Assembly: GCA_946184925.1 (NCBI GenBank)
Contig: CAMHHL010000001.1
Location: forward strand, 4,974 to 68,973
Length of the DNA stretch: 64,000 nucleotides
Source of the DNA: an uncultured Clostridia bacterium
Lineage (GTDB): Bacteria; Bacillota; Clostridia; Oscillospirales; Acutalibacteraceae
Direction: 5' to 3'
Shown here: piece after piece, positions 49,751 to 58,514 of the stretch
How the letters are laid out: each line of letters opens with the position of its first letter
How positions within the stretch are numbered: the stretch's first letter is position 1
Position numbers and translations under genes: made by a program
The notes under the pieces: generated by a model
What the model saw: the letters and a program-made list of their open reading frames with translations, nothing else
Databases searched by the model: none
What the model was told of the DNA's origin: nothing

Positions 49751-50479
49751 ATGAAGAGATTTGCTGCGCTTTTGCTTGCGGTGCTGACGCTCTGCTCGAC
49801 TGCCGCGCTGGGCTCTTGCTCAAACGATAAGAAGGAAGAAAAACCCACCGAGGCAACGACCGCCGCCGCTACAGAAAAGGAAACCAAGCCCGAGATTGAC
49901 AAAACCTCGCTTGAGGGCTTTTATCAGTCTACGCTCGAGGGCGACAATCCGCTCTATGGCGTGTGGGAAATCTCGACCCTCTCGATGATTAAGGTCATAT
50001 TCCGCAACGACGGTCTTGCCGAAACTGTCATCGGAACCGAAGGCGGCTTTGGAAAGCTGACAATCGACGAAAAGGAGAAAACCCTTGCCACTCAGCTTGT
50101 CGTCGGAATTGACGGTACCTATAAGTATTCCTTCTCTAAGGACAACAACACACTCACACTCAAGAACAACGACGGCACAATCAAACTCAACCGCATTGAG
50201 TACACAATGGTTCCGCTCGCTCCCAAGAGCCCGAAGGTTGACAAGAAGCTTGTCGGCTGGTGGAAGAACAAGGACGGCTTCATCTATAATTTCGGCGAGG
50301 ACGGACGTATGTACACCAACATGATTACCACCGAAACCTACTACACCTACTCCGCCTCGAACGGAAAAATCAAGGCTGTTTATGACTATGACGGCGACAT
50401 GGACGTGAAAATGACCTACAGCTTCAAGAAAAACAAGCTGACCATCGACGGCTCCGCGTGCGAGCCCTATAATCCGTAA
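49751..50479 (+). CDS. Lipoprotein of unknown function with two internal beta-rich repeats
   Basis: Lipobox-like ALGSC; repeats LYGVWE...FRNDG and LVGWWK...FGEDG. Confidence 0.7.
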   Translation: MKRFAALLLAVLTLCSTAALGSCSNDKKEEKPTEATTAAATEKETKPEIDKTSLEGFYQSTLEGDNPLYGVWEISTLSMIKVIFRNDGLAETVIGTEGGFGKLTIDEKEKTLATQLVVGIDGTYKYSFSKDNNTLTLKNNDGTIKLNRIEYTMVPLAPKSPKVDKKLVGWWKNKDGFIYNFGEDGRMYTNMITTETYYTYSASNGKIKAVYDYDGDMDVKMTYSFKKNKLTIDGSACEPYNP

Positions 50480-50568
50480 CAGCATAGCAAAGCCCAAAGG
50501 GCGACTCCAACAAAGGAGCCGCCCTGTTTTTGTTTAAGTCATAGTCAGAAAGTGTAAATCTTCCAAAT

Positions 50569-51306
50569 TTACCTGATAATAAATCCTCCGTTCACGCCCA
50601 GCACCTGCCCGGTGATGAACGACGCATTCTCCCCTGCAAGGAAAACCGCAGCATTTGCAATATCATCCGGCGTTCCCAGCCTGCCGAGCGGCGTTTCTTC
50701 CTTGAGTTCCCGGAGAGTTTCGTCGTCAAAGCTTTTCATCATATCGGTCATAATCACACCGGGAGCAATACAGTTGACTCTGATTCCCGAGGGCGCGACC
50801 TCCTTGGCGAGAGCCTTGGTTAGCCCGATTACCGCCGATTTTGCGGCGCTGTAGTGAACCTCACACGACGCGCCGACCTCGCCCCACATTGAGCTGATGT
50901 TGATTATCGAACCGCTTTTTCTGCGTATCATTCCGGGGAGCACCTCGCGCGAGCAGTAGAAAACTCCGTCGAGGTCAACACCCATCATCCTTCTCCACTC
51001 CTCGTCTGTAATATCGGTGAAGAGAAGCTGCGACGAAACCCCGGCGTTATTGACAAGTACATCAGGCGCGCCGAGCCTTTCTTCAACTGCCGCAACCATA
51101 TCTCTGACTGCCGCGCTGTCGGAAACATCACAACCGAAGGCTTCGCATTCCGCTCCGTATTTTTGCCTGAGCTCCCGGCAAAGCTCCTCCGCCTTTTCGT
51201 TGCCGGTATGATAGTTCACCGCGACGTTATACCCCGCGGCGGCAAAGGCTCTGCAAACGGCGGCGCCGATTCCGCGCGAGCCGCCTGTGACAAGCGCTGT
51301 TTTCAT
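50569..51306 (-). CDS. Short-chain dehydrogenase, FabG-like
   Basis: TGGSRGIG, LVNNAG, YSAAK, VNCIAPG, ITGQVLGVNGG. Confidence 0.92.
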   Translation of the reverse strand: MKTALVTGGSRGIGAAVCRAFAAAGYNVAVNYHTGNEKAEELCRELRQKYGAECEAFGCDVSDSAAVRDMVAAVEERLGAPDVLVNNAGVSSQLLFTDITDEEWRRMMGVDLDGVFYCSREVLPGMIRRKSGSIINISSMWGEVGASCEVHYSAAKSAVIGLTKALAKEVAPSGIRVNCIAPGVIMTDMMKSFDDETLRELKEETPLGRLGTPDDIANAAVFLAGENASFITGQVLGVNGGFIIR

Positions 51307-51387
51307 AAGAAATCACCTCAATTTAATGTCCTAATTATATCTCAAAGGGTACAATTTCGCAACAATTATCACAAAATGAAGGAAAAC

Positions 51388-51416
51388 TTGCAAAAACTAT
51401 CGTATAGTGGTATAAT
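51388..51416 (+). promoter_or_regulatory. SigA-type promoter
   Basis: TTGCAA-17 nt-TATAAT. Confidence 0.75.
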
Positions 51417-51470
51417 ATTCAATGAGGATTCAGCCGAAACCGGCTCCCCTCGACGATAGGAGGTTATGAA

Positions 51471-52709
51471 ATGAAACTGTTGAAAATATCGGCGAGCGTT
51501 ATGCTCGCGGCAATCATTGCACTGAGCTCGCTGTGCGCCTTTCCGGCATCCGCGGCAGGCACAACGGTCAAGGTGAAAACCATCCGCCGCTTTACCGAAA
51601 AAACATATGTTATGAAGAAATCGACAAAGCGCGAGTACAAATGCAAGGTAAAATACAACGACGGAAACTATATCAAAACATCTTTCAGTGATGACGGAAA
51701 AACTGCAAGCCTGAGCGTGTTCGCCAACAAGGTTCCGGAGAAGAGGCTTCCGGTTGTTAAAATCGTTTTCCGCGACAGCAAGAAAAAGCTCCGCGTCGCA
51801 AAAACTCTCAAGTTCAAAATCGAACCGGCAGGAAAACTTGATTTTGAGAATATGAACATCAACACCGGCACCGTGAAGGAGACTATCCTCGACAATCCCT
51901 TCGACCGCAACTACACTCTCAAGGCTTCAAACAGCAAGCTTGTTTCAATCAAGCAGGCATATCTCGCAGACCACAAGGAGCACTTCAACATCAAGGCGCT
52001 CAAGACCGGTTCAACCACTGTTTCTGTCTACATAAAATCAACCAAAATCGGCAGCTTCAAGGTAACAAACGGCGATTTTGAGACTACTATTCCCGAAAAA
52101 TATCAGAACCTCACGCTCTATTATAACTCACACGGCAGCAGCACGTACATGGGCTACAGCCACGTTGATATTTCCGACATTCTCGAGGACAAGAAGGCAA
52201 AAACAAAGTACGCTGTTTACGTCGAGGACGAGAGCGTGGCGAGCGTTATCAGCGCAAATCTTCTCTATTCAACAGGGCTCGGTAAAACCACCGCGGAGGT
52301 ATTCCAGAAAATCGGCAATCACCCCCGAACCTCTCTCGGCAAAATCAACATCACTGTCAAAAAAATCAGCATGGCATACGTCGTCCGCCAGAACGTCGCG
52401 TTCTACAATGACGGAATTTTCGGAAACGGCGATATGGTTGAGTTTCTTGACCTCAAGAAGAACAAAACTCTCAAGCTCGCCCCGACAATCAAGTCGAAGC
52501 TTCTGAACAATGACTACACCGGCTCCGCCTTCAAGTCCTCGGACTACAAGATAACCTACAAATCCTCAAACTCAAAGGTTGTCAAGGTTGATTCCGCCGG
52601 CAAGGCTACTGCCGTCAAGGCGGGCTTTGCTCGCGTCAGGTACACAATCACCTTCTCCGACAAGACAAAATACTCCGGTGTCTGCCCAATTGATGTGCAA
52701 AAAGATTAA
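51471..52709 (+). CDS. Secreted Lys-rich protein with Ig-like (Big_2-type) segments
   Basis: Signal peptide ..PASA; YKSSNSKVVKVDSAGKATAVKAG; VEDESVASV...GLGKTT. Confidence 0.7.
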   Translation: MKLLKISASVMLAAIIALSSLCAFPASAAGTTVKVKTIRRFTEKTYVMKKSTKREYKCKVKYNDGNYIKTSFSDDGKTASLSVFANKVPEKRLPVVKIVFRDSKKKLRVAKTLKFKIEPAGKLDFENMNINTGTVKETILDNPFDRNYTLKASNSKLVSIKQAYLADHKEHFNIKALKTGSTTVSVYIKSTKIGSFKVTNGDFETTIPEKYQNLTLYYNSHGSSTYMGYSHVDISDILEDKKAKTKYAVYVEDESVASVISANLLYSTGLGKTTAEVFQKIGNHPRTSLGKINITVKKISMAYVVRQNVAFYNDGIFGNGDMVEFLDLKKNKTLKLAPTIKSKLLNNDYTGSAFKSSDYKITYKSSNSKVVKVDSAGKATAVKAGFARVRYTITFSDKTKYSGVCPIDVQKD

Positions 52710-52816
52710 ATTTTTGTAATTCTTGAAAATAACTGTTGATTTTCTTCGACACAAGTATATAATATATGCAGGCGGGAAAATACTCACCGGCGGAAAACAA
52801 GAGGACGGATTTTTGT

Positions 52817-53191
52817 ATGGAATTTATTCAGGAAAACAGGGTGTTTTTAGTGCGCGGTCATGAGCTGCTCATGTTCAAGCACGACGACGAATATGACGGC
52901 GACAGCGTAAATATTGAGGACTACACAAAGCCTCAGTTCCTTCGTTATGTAGCCGCAAAGCGCAACGAGGACGGAATCAAGCAGATTTTCTATTACTTCA
53001 CCAACATCAGCGACCAATATATCACCCAGAGCGGAAAGTGGATTGACATCAGACACACAATAAAGTATCCGGCAAAGCCGCTTACGATGGCAGTGCTCAA
53101 CAACTACATCCGCGAGGGGCAGTATGACAACGAAATCAGATTCGGTGTAAAAAACGGCGAGAATGTCGAGTTCACCGCAATCACCTATTAA
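52817..53191 (+). CDS. Hypothetical protein
   Basis: 124-aa ORF, GAGGACGG RBS, followed by a strong terminator. Confidence 0.7.
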   Translation: MEFIQENRVFLVRGHELLMFKHDDEYDGDSVNIEDYTKPQFLRYVAAKRNEDGIKQIFYYFTNISDQYITQSGKWIDIRHTIKYPAKPLTMAVLNNYIREGQYDNEIRFGVKNGENVEFTAITY

Positions 53192-53198
53192 CGAAATT

Positions 53199-53234
53199 AA
53201 CCCGGCTGAGGCAAAGGCTTCAGCCGGGTTTTTT
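53199..53234 (+). terminator. Intrinsic terminator abutting repeat D
   Basis: aacccggctga / tcagccgggtt + tttt. Confidence 0.8.
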
Positions 53235-53645
53235 ATATCTCTACCCTGTTTTTTACTATCTCTATCCTGTTACGTGAGTGCTCCTATCAAAGGTTTGGCT
53301 TGAGCTGTGACAACTGCTCCGAACCGACGTCTGTTAAGTTGTAAGTTGTAAGTGAAAAGTTGTAAGTTGCGGTCGAGTAGATAGGCTGAATAGGAAAACA
53401 ACGTCGTATAGCCGACCGGATTTAAATGCTGCTTGCGCAGCAAGCATAAAAATTCTGTCGGGCAACAGGCGTGAGAAACTCACAATCTGTCTGCCCGACC
53501 TTTAATTACGCATTACGCATTACGAATTACGCATTAAAAAAGCACTTCTTTCAGAAACGTAGTCCCTCATCCGTCACCGCCAACAAGTTGTCGGCGACAC
53601 CTTCCCCCAAGGGAAGGCTCGGTGCGTTTCCGCTACGCTAATTGC
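53235..53645. repeat. Composite repeat D: terminator-adjacent module, TTGTAAG array, reversed 130-bp core (53371-53500), ATTACGC array, REP-like unit
   Basis: Each module matches repeats A, B or C. Confidence 0.92.
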
Positions 53646-54975
53646 AAATTTTTTCAGCGTTGTCGGACTTGACGATTGCCTTGTCGCGCCATTTTCCGCT
53701 TTTCCAGCGCAGGAGCATGAGCACTCCGCGGAAGCATTCGTCCGCCGCGAGCGCAATCCAAAGACCGTATATTCCCATTCCGAACACAACCGCGAGTAGA
53801 TATGACCCGAGCACGCTGATAACCCAGTTTGAAAAAACTGCGCACGCGGTCGGAAAATATACATCTCCGGAACCTCTGAGGCTTGCTATCAGAATCAGGT
53901 TTGTTGTTCTGCCTGCCTCGAGGAAAATGTTAATCAACAATATATTCGCGCCCAGCTCCAGAACCTCGGCGTTGTCGGTAAACAGACTGAGGAGCGGCGT
54001 CCTGAAGCAAATTCCCAATGCGCACGCCGCGGCAGTGATGCATAGTCCGAAGCGATACGCTTTCAGGCAGCTTCGGTATGCTTGCTCGGTTTCGCCGGCG
54101 CCGACAAGGTGTCCGGTTATAATCTGCGACGCCTGACCGATTGAAAGAGCGAAAATATAGAAGAACATCGTAATATTCTGGACATAGGTTTTTGTTATGA
54201 GCTCATTGTCCGTGAGGAAATTCAGCACGATTGAGGTTATCAGCAGCTGAGAAAGGTTGTAGAGAAAGGTTTCGAGCGCTGCCGGAATACCGATTTTGAC
54301 TATATTCTTTATGTCGCCGTGCGGAAACGGCTTGAGCAGCCTGAAAATCGAGAGCTTCTCCACCTTGCTGAACAAAACCGCCGCGAGCACCGTTGTGCCG
54401 ATTACGCGGCTGATGCTTGTCGCGATTGCGACGCCCTCCACGCCCATGTGCGGCACGAGCACAAGGTCAAGCGCCGTGTTGAATATGTTCATCCCCACGC
54501 TCACGAACATGGTCACACGCGTCATGCCGTGGTTGCGGATTATCACCGACATAGAGGTCATCAGCGCCTGCAAAAAAATCACGCCGCCGACAATCGAAAG
54601 ATACCGGCTTCCGAAGTCGAGAATCTTGCTCTCCGCACCGATAAACGTGAGTATCGGGCGGTTGAAAAGCAGAAAAATCACGCTGATAATCACACCGAAC
54701 ACAAAATGCAGCACAATCGACAGCGCCGCAATCCGCGAGGCGGACTGTTCCTTTTTGGCGCCGAGGTACTGCGAAATCATAATTGCGCTCGCGGACGAAA
54801 TAACGGTGAAAACTATGGTCGCGATTGAAACTGCCTGATTCGCCGTGTTCACCGACGAAGCGGCAAGCTCGTCGTACCTGCTGAGGATAATAACATCAAC
54901 GAACCCGAGCAGCATGAACAGCGCTGATTCGATGAAAATCGGCCACGCAAGGTTAAATAATTTGAGTTTTTTCAT
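53638..54975 (-). CDS. MATE family efflux transporter
   Basis: LFNLAWPIFIES, ~12 TM segments, VEGVAIAT, KIGIPAALE, ADECFRG. Confidence 0.93.
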   Translation of the reverse strand: MKKLKLFNLAWPIFIESALFMLLGFVDVIILSRYDELAASSVNTANQAVSIATIVFTVISSASAIMISQYLGAKKEQSASRIAALSIVLHFVFGVIISVIFLLFNRPILTFIGAESKILDFGSRYLSIVGGVIFLQALMTSMSVIIRNHGMTRVTMFVSVGMNIFNTALDLVLVPHMGVEGVAIATSISRVIGTTVLAAVLFSKVEKLSIFRLLKPFPHGDIKNIVKIGIPAALETFLYNLSQLLITSIVLNFLTDNELITKTYVQNITMFFYIFALSIGQASQIITGHLVGAGETEQAYRSCLKAYRFGLCITAAACALGICFRTPLLSLFTDNAEVLELGANILLINIFLEAGRTTNLILIASLRGSGDVYFPTACAVFSNWVISVLGSYLLAVVFGMGIYGLWIALAADECFRGVLMLLRWKSGKWRDKAIVKSDNAEKICN

Positions 54976-55020
54976 AGTATTGTTTGAGTTCTGTTTTGAA
55001 GTAATTGTCCTTTATTACAA

Positions 55021-55049
55021 CTAAAACCCGCCAATACGGCGGGTTTTAG
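55021..55049. terminator. Strong terminator after the small peptide gene
   Basis: Perfect 12-bp stem ctaaaacccgcc / ggcgggttttag. Confidence 0.85.
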
Positions 55050-55062
55050 GTTTCTGATTTTT

Positions 55063-55206
55063 TTAACCCTCATCATCCGGAAGAGTAATAGGCTGAGTGG
55101 GGTTCTCTGTAGGATTAGTAACGTCGGGGTTTGAAGTTGTTAACACATCTTCAGAAGCATACTTCTTTTCTTCAAACTCAGGACGGTTATAGGTTCTTTT
55201 CTCCAT
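55063..55206 (-). CDS. Unannotated 47-aa peptide with RiPP-leader-like N-terminus
   Basis: Manual translation MEKRTYNRPEFEEKKYASEDVLTTSNPDVTNPTENPTQPITLPDDEG*; AAGGAGGT RBS; below ORF-track cutoff. Confidence 0.85.
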   Translation of the reverse strand: MEKRTYNRPEFEEKKYASEDVLTTSNPDVTNPTENPTQPITLPDDEG

Positions 55207-55225
55207 TTCTTTACCTCCTTAAATA

Positions 55226-56653
55226 TTAACTTATATATGCCTTAGCGGAATCGCCGTACTTAATCATTGATTCCAACAAAAGGTTAAGCGAATCATATTG
55301 CGCCTCGCTGCCGTGATTATTCTTCATATTCGCGGCATAAGATTCTATGCTGTATCTCACAGTATTACTAACGGCAGTATCTCCGTTCTTGAGCGTTGCA
55401 TAAACAAGTGTTCTCATACTGGCGGCGTTCAAATCTTTAAAATATACATAATATGTATTGGCTGCGCCTGAGACAGGTACGAATTCACCGGACGGTATGG
55501 ATATTACAACACCGCCTGTCTTAATTTCGGCGCTGAGATTATCAAGATTCTCGGCAACAATTTTAAACCTAATGATTACGCTGTCTCCGAGATCAAGTCC
55601 CATAGAACTGAATGATGCCTCGGGATTCTCTATTTTTTCATACTCCTTATTCGAGTATGAATTCAGAGTAGGAGTTTCACTTGTTCCCCACGCCAACTGC
55701 TCGGCGCTCAGATCTTTGTTAACAAGATTATCGGTGTTATAGCCCTTATACATTTGAGCTGCTGCGCCGTAATTGAGCACATCAACAAGCAATGTACGCA
55801 GTTTGGCATATGCGTCTGTGTTGTACTTAGACAGCATATTGTTGCAATACTGCTTAACGCTGTATTCAACAGACTCGCTCCGCTTTTCAACACCTTTGTA
55901 GTTTGCGCATAAGGTTGCTGAAATTACGTCCCCCATCCTTTGCGGCGGTATGTTTTTGAGCGTATAAACATAGCGTCCCTTGTTGTCTACAGTATAGTCT
56001 TTAAGTTGAAATGTAAAACCGCAGAATTCAATCGAAAGATAAGGATCGGTATAGCCATTGTCAGTAATCACAGCCGGATTCACCTTGAAATCAACAGCAA
56101 GGCTGCTTGTGATAGTCAAAGATTTTGCCATTGTGGAGACATTAAGTTCCTCGGCAGGCTCAAAACTTTCGGATGGATTATCCAAATCCGCATAACCGCT
56201 GGTTACGGTTTTACCTGAAATTTTGTTGTAGTAGTAATATGGGGTATTGTTTGAACTACGTGCCTGGGAAGCAGTGTAGAACTCTGTGAACGAGCCCGAA
56301 ATCTTTGAAGGATCAAAGTTGCTGTTGTCAACATAAAATGTTACGCTTAAGACTGTTTTACCTTCTGTGAAATCATAAACATCTTTTGCATTTGTAAAGT
56401 TAAATTTGATTTCACCTGCAGCAGACTTGCTAATGCATTCGTCCGAGGCGTAATCTGACGAACAGCTGCTTACTCTCAAATCATTGCTCGGGTATGTAAT
56501 CAATCCTTGTGCGGCACAAATCGGAGCGTCGGCTTTAACAACAAACTCATAAGTGAAAGTGCCACCCGCAGCATTGACGACTCCCGAAGTGTAGAAACAA
56601 CCGAGTATCATAACAAGCACGAGTAAAACCGAAAAAGTTTTTTTCATTTTCAT
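55226..56653 (-). CDS. Secreted protein: cohesin-like domain plus two related C-terminal modules
   Basis: Signal peptide ..VNA; GEIKFNF....YDFTEGKTVLSVTF; repeat endings LLVDVLNYGAAAQMY and LLESMIKYGDSAKAY. Confidence 0.72.
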   Translation of the reverse strand: MKMKKTFSVLLVLVMILGCFYTSGVVNAAGGTFTYEFVVKADAPICAAQGLITYPSNDLRVSSCSSDYASDECISKSAAGEIKFNFTNAKDVYDFTEGKTVLSVTFYVDNSNFDPSKISGSFTEFYTASQARSSNNTPYYYYNKISGKTVTSGYADLDNPSESFEPAEELNVSTMAKSLTITSSLAVDFKVNPAVITDNGYTDPYLSIEFCGFTFQLKDYTVDNKGRYVYTLKNIPPQRMGDVISATLCANYKGVEKRSESVEYSVKQYCNNMLSKYNTDAYAKLRTLLVDVLNYGAAAQMYKGYNTDNLVNKDLSAEQLAWGTSETPTLNSYSNKEYEKIENPEASFSSMGLDLGDSVIIRFKIVAENLDNLSAEIKTGGVVISIPSGEFVPVSGAANTYYVYFKDLNAASMRTLVYATLKNGDTAVSNTVRYSIESYAANMKNNHGSEAQYDSLNLLLESMIKYGDSAKAYIS

Positions 56654-56819
56654 CACATTCATCCCCTTTTGGAATAAAATCAATTCAATTTGACTACAGG
56701 TTTACAATAACTTTAGCAAAGCTAACCGAATTAACCTTCTTTGATTTTCACAATAGCCTTAGCGTACTTTCTTGAAAAAATCACTAATGTGCTACCGCGC
56801 TTTTTAGCTTTACTTTATA

Positions 56820-56848
56820 ATTATATACTATTAACAAAACAATTTCAA
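56820..56848 (-). promoter_or_regulatory. SigA-type promoter of cohesin-like gene/peptide unit
   Basis: Minus strand TTGAAA-17 nt-TATAAT. Confidence 0.7.
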
Positions 56849-56901
56849 TATCTTTTTTAAGTTTCGTCAAACTTAATGTAAATTTAGTTTTTCAAAATGT
56901 T

Positions 56902-57738
56902 TTAGTTATCCTCAAAAAGCTCGGGGTGCATCCGGCTGTAATGGAAAATATACTGCTGAGCAATTCCGGCATATTCGCCAAAGCTTTCGGGCGTCATATC
57001 GGGGAACAGCTTTTCCATCGCGCGCTTCATCCATACGTCAACCGGGAACGCCTCGACGCGGTGAAGCCCGAAGAGGAGCGTGCAGTCGGCAACCTTTTTG
57101 CCGACGCCCTTGATTTTCATAAGCTCCGCTCTGGCTTCGTCATAGTCCGCCGTCCTGCACATCTCGAGATTGACCTCGCCGGAGCTTATCTTCCTTGCGG
57201 CGTCGATAATGTACTTCGCGCGGAAGCCTGCCCTCAGCGGAGTCAAATCCTCCGCCTCAAGCGCGGCGAGTCTCTCCGCTTCGGGAAAGGAAAAACCGCT
57301 GCCGACCGGTTCGCCGAAGCTCTCGCACAGTCTGGCGACTATTCCCTTGATTCGCTTGATGTTGTTATTCTGCGAGATAATGAATGTGCACAGCGCCTCC
57401 CACGGCTCCTGACGCAGAATTCTGATTCCCGGCGCATATTGTGCCGCCTCGGCGAGCACAGGGTGAAGCCTGCTTATTTCGGTGCGGATTGCTCCGTAGT
57501 CGAGCTCCAAATCAAGATACGGCATCCATATTTTTTCAAAATCCTCCGCCGTTGTGTTGTCGATATATAATGTATTGCCGTCAAGCCGCATTAAAACCTC
57601 GCGGTTGAACGCTATTCCTCTGAAACCGTCTCCGGTATCTGCCCAGCGGAAGCTCTGACCGCAGTCGAGCGTCTGGGCAAGGTCGAGGTCGGTGACGCCC
57701 TCAACCTTCACTCCTGTTTCTGTAATTTTATAATCCAT
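56902..57738 (-). CDS. 8-oxoguanine DNA glycosylase (HhH-GPD family)
   Basis: TLDCGQSFRW, LRQEPWE....FIISQNNNIKRI, IKGVGKKVADC, FPVDVW. Confidence 0.92.
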   Translation of the reverse strand: MDYKITETGVKVEGVTDLDLAQTLDCGQSFRWADTGDGFRGIAFNREVLMRLDGNTLYIDNTTAEDFEKIWMPYLDLELDYGAIRTEISRLHPVLAEAAQYAPGIRILRQEPWEALCTFIISQNNNIKRIKGIVARLCESFGEPVGSGFSFPEAERLAALEAEDLTPLRAGFRAKYIIDAARKISSGEVNLEMCRTADYDEARAELMKIKGVGKKVADCTLLFGLHRVEAFPVDVWMKRAMEKLFPDMTPESFGEYAGIAQQYIFHYSRMHPELFEDN

Positions 57739-57824
57739 ATTTACCTCAAAATCCCATTAACCTCTTGTTATGTAATCTCCAAATATGCTACAATATGCTT
57801 ATAATCTAAGTTGGAGGCTGACTT

Positions 57825-58514
57825 ATGAAAGAAAACATCACCACCATCCCAATCAACGACCTTTTCAAGCCGAAGGACGGCTGTCCGATTTGCCGAATGG
57901 AGGACATGCTCGAGAAAACCTACGTTGACTTCATCGTGGGCGACGCGATGATGGAACCGAACATCCGCATTGAAACAAACCGCAAGGGGTTTTGCCACAG
58001 GCACTACAGCAAGATGTTCGCCGCAGGTCAGAAGCTTCCGAATGCTCTGATTATGGAATCGCACCTGAAATCAATTATCGAGAACGTTCTTCCCGAAAAA
58101 CCCGGCTCAAAGCCCGACAAGAAGGCTCTCGAAAAAATCGAGGAGCTCAACCGCACCTGCTATGTCTGCGACAGAATTGACAGGGACATTCACCATCTGC
58201 TCTCAACCGTGCTGTCGGAATATGTCAAGTCGGACGAATTCCGTGAGCTGTACAGGGCTCAGCCCTTCCTTTGTCTAAACCACTATGCGCTGATTATGCG
58301 CGACGCGATGGGCAGGGGCGGAATCAAATCGAAGAACATGGCGGATTTTCACCGCGACACCTATAATCTCACCAAGAACTATCTTTCCTCGCTCAAGGAG
58401 GACACGACCTACTTCTGCTCAATGTTCGACTACCGCAACCGCGGCGGCGACTTCGGCAAGAGCAAGGACGTCATCGAGCGGAACATCGAATATCTCACCA
58501 AGGAAAAGCCCTGA
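57825..58514 (+). CDS. DUF6062-like protein with two CxxC...CxxH units
   Basis: CPIC...GFCHRH and CYVC...LCLNH. Confidence 0.7.
   Translation: MKENITTIPINDLFKPKDGCPICRMEDMLEKTYVDFIVGDAMMEPNIRIETNRKGFCHRHYSKMFAAGQKLPNALIMESHLKSIIENVLPEKPGSKPDKKALEKIEELNRTCYVCDRIDRDIHHLLSTVLSEYVKSDEFRELYRAQPFLCLNHYALIMRDAMGRGGIKSKNMADFHRDTYNLTKNYLSSLKEDTTYFCSMFDYRNRGGDFGKSKDVIERNIEYLTKEKP

Noticed and set aside
55063-55206. Complete lasso-peptide gene cluster
   Set aside because: No cyclase, B1/B2 proteins or other maturases in the window, and acceptor Asp/Glu spacing is not canonical; only the leader resemblance is kept
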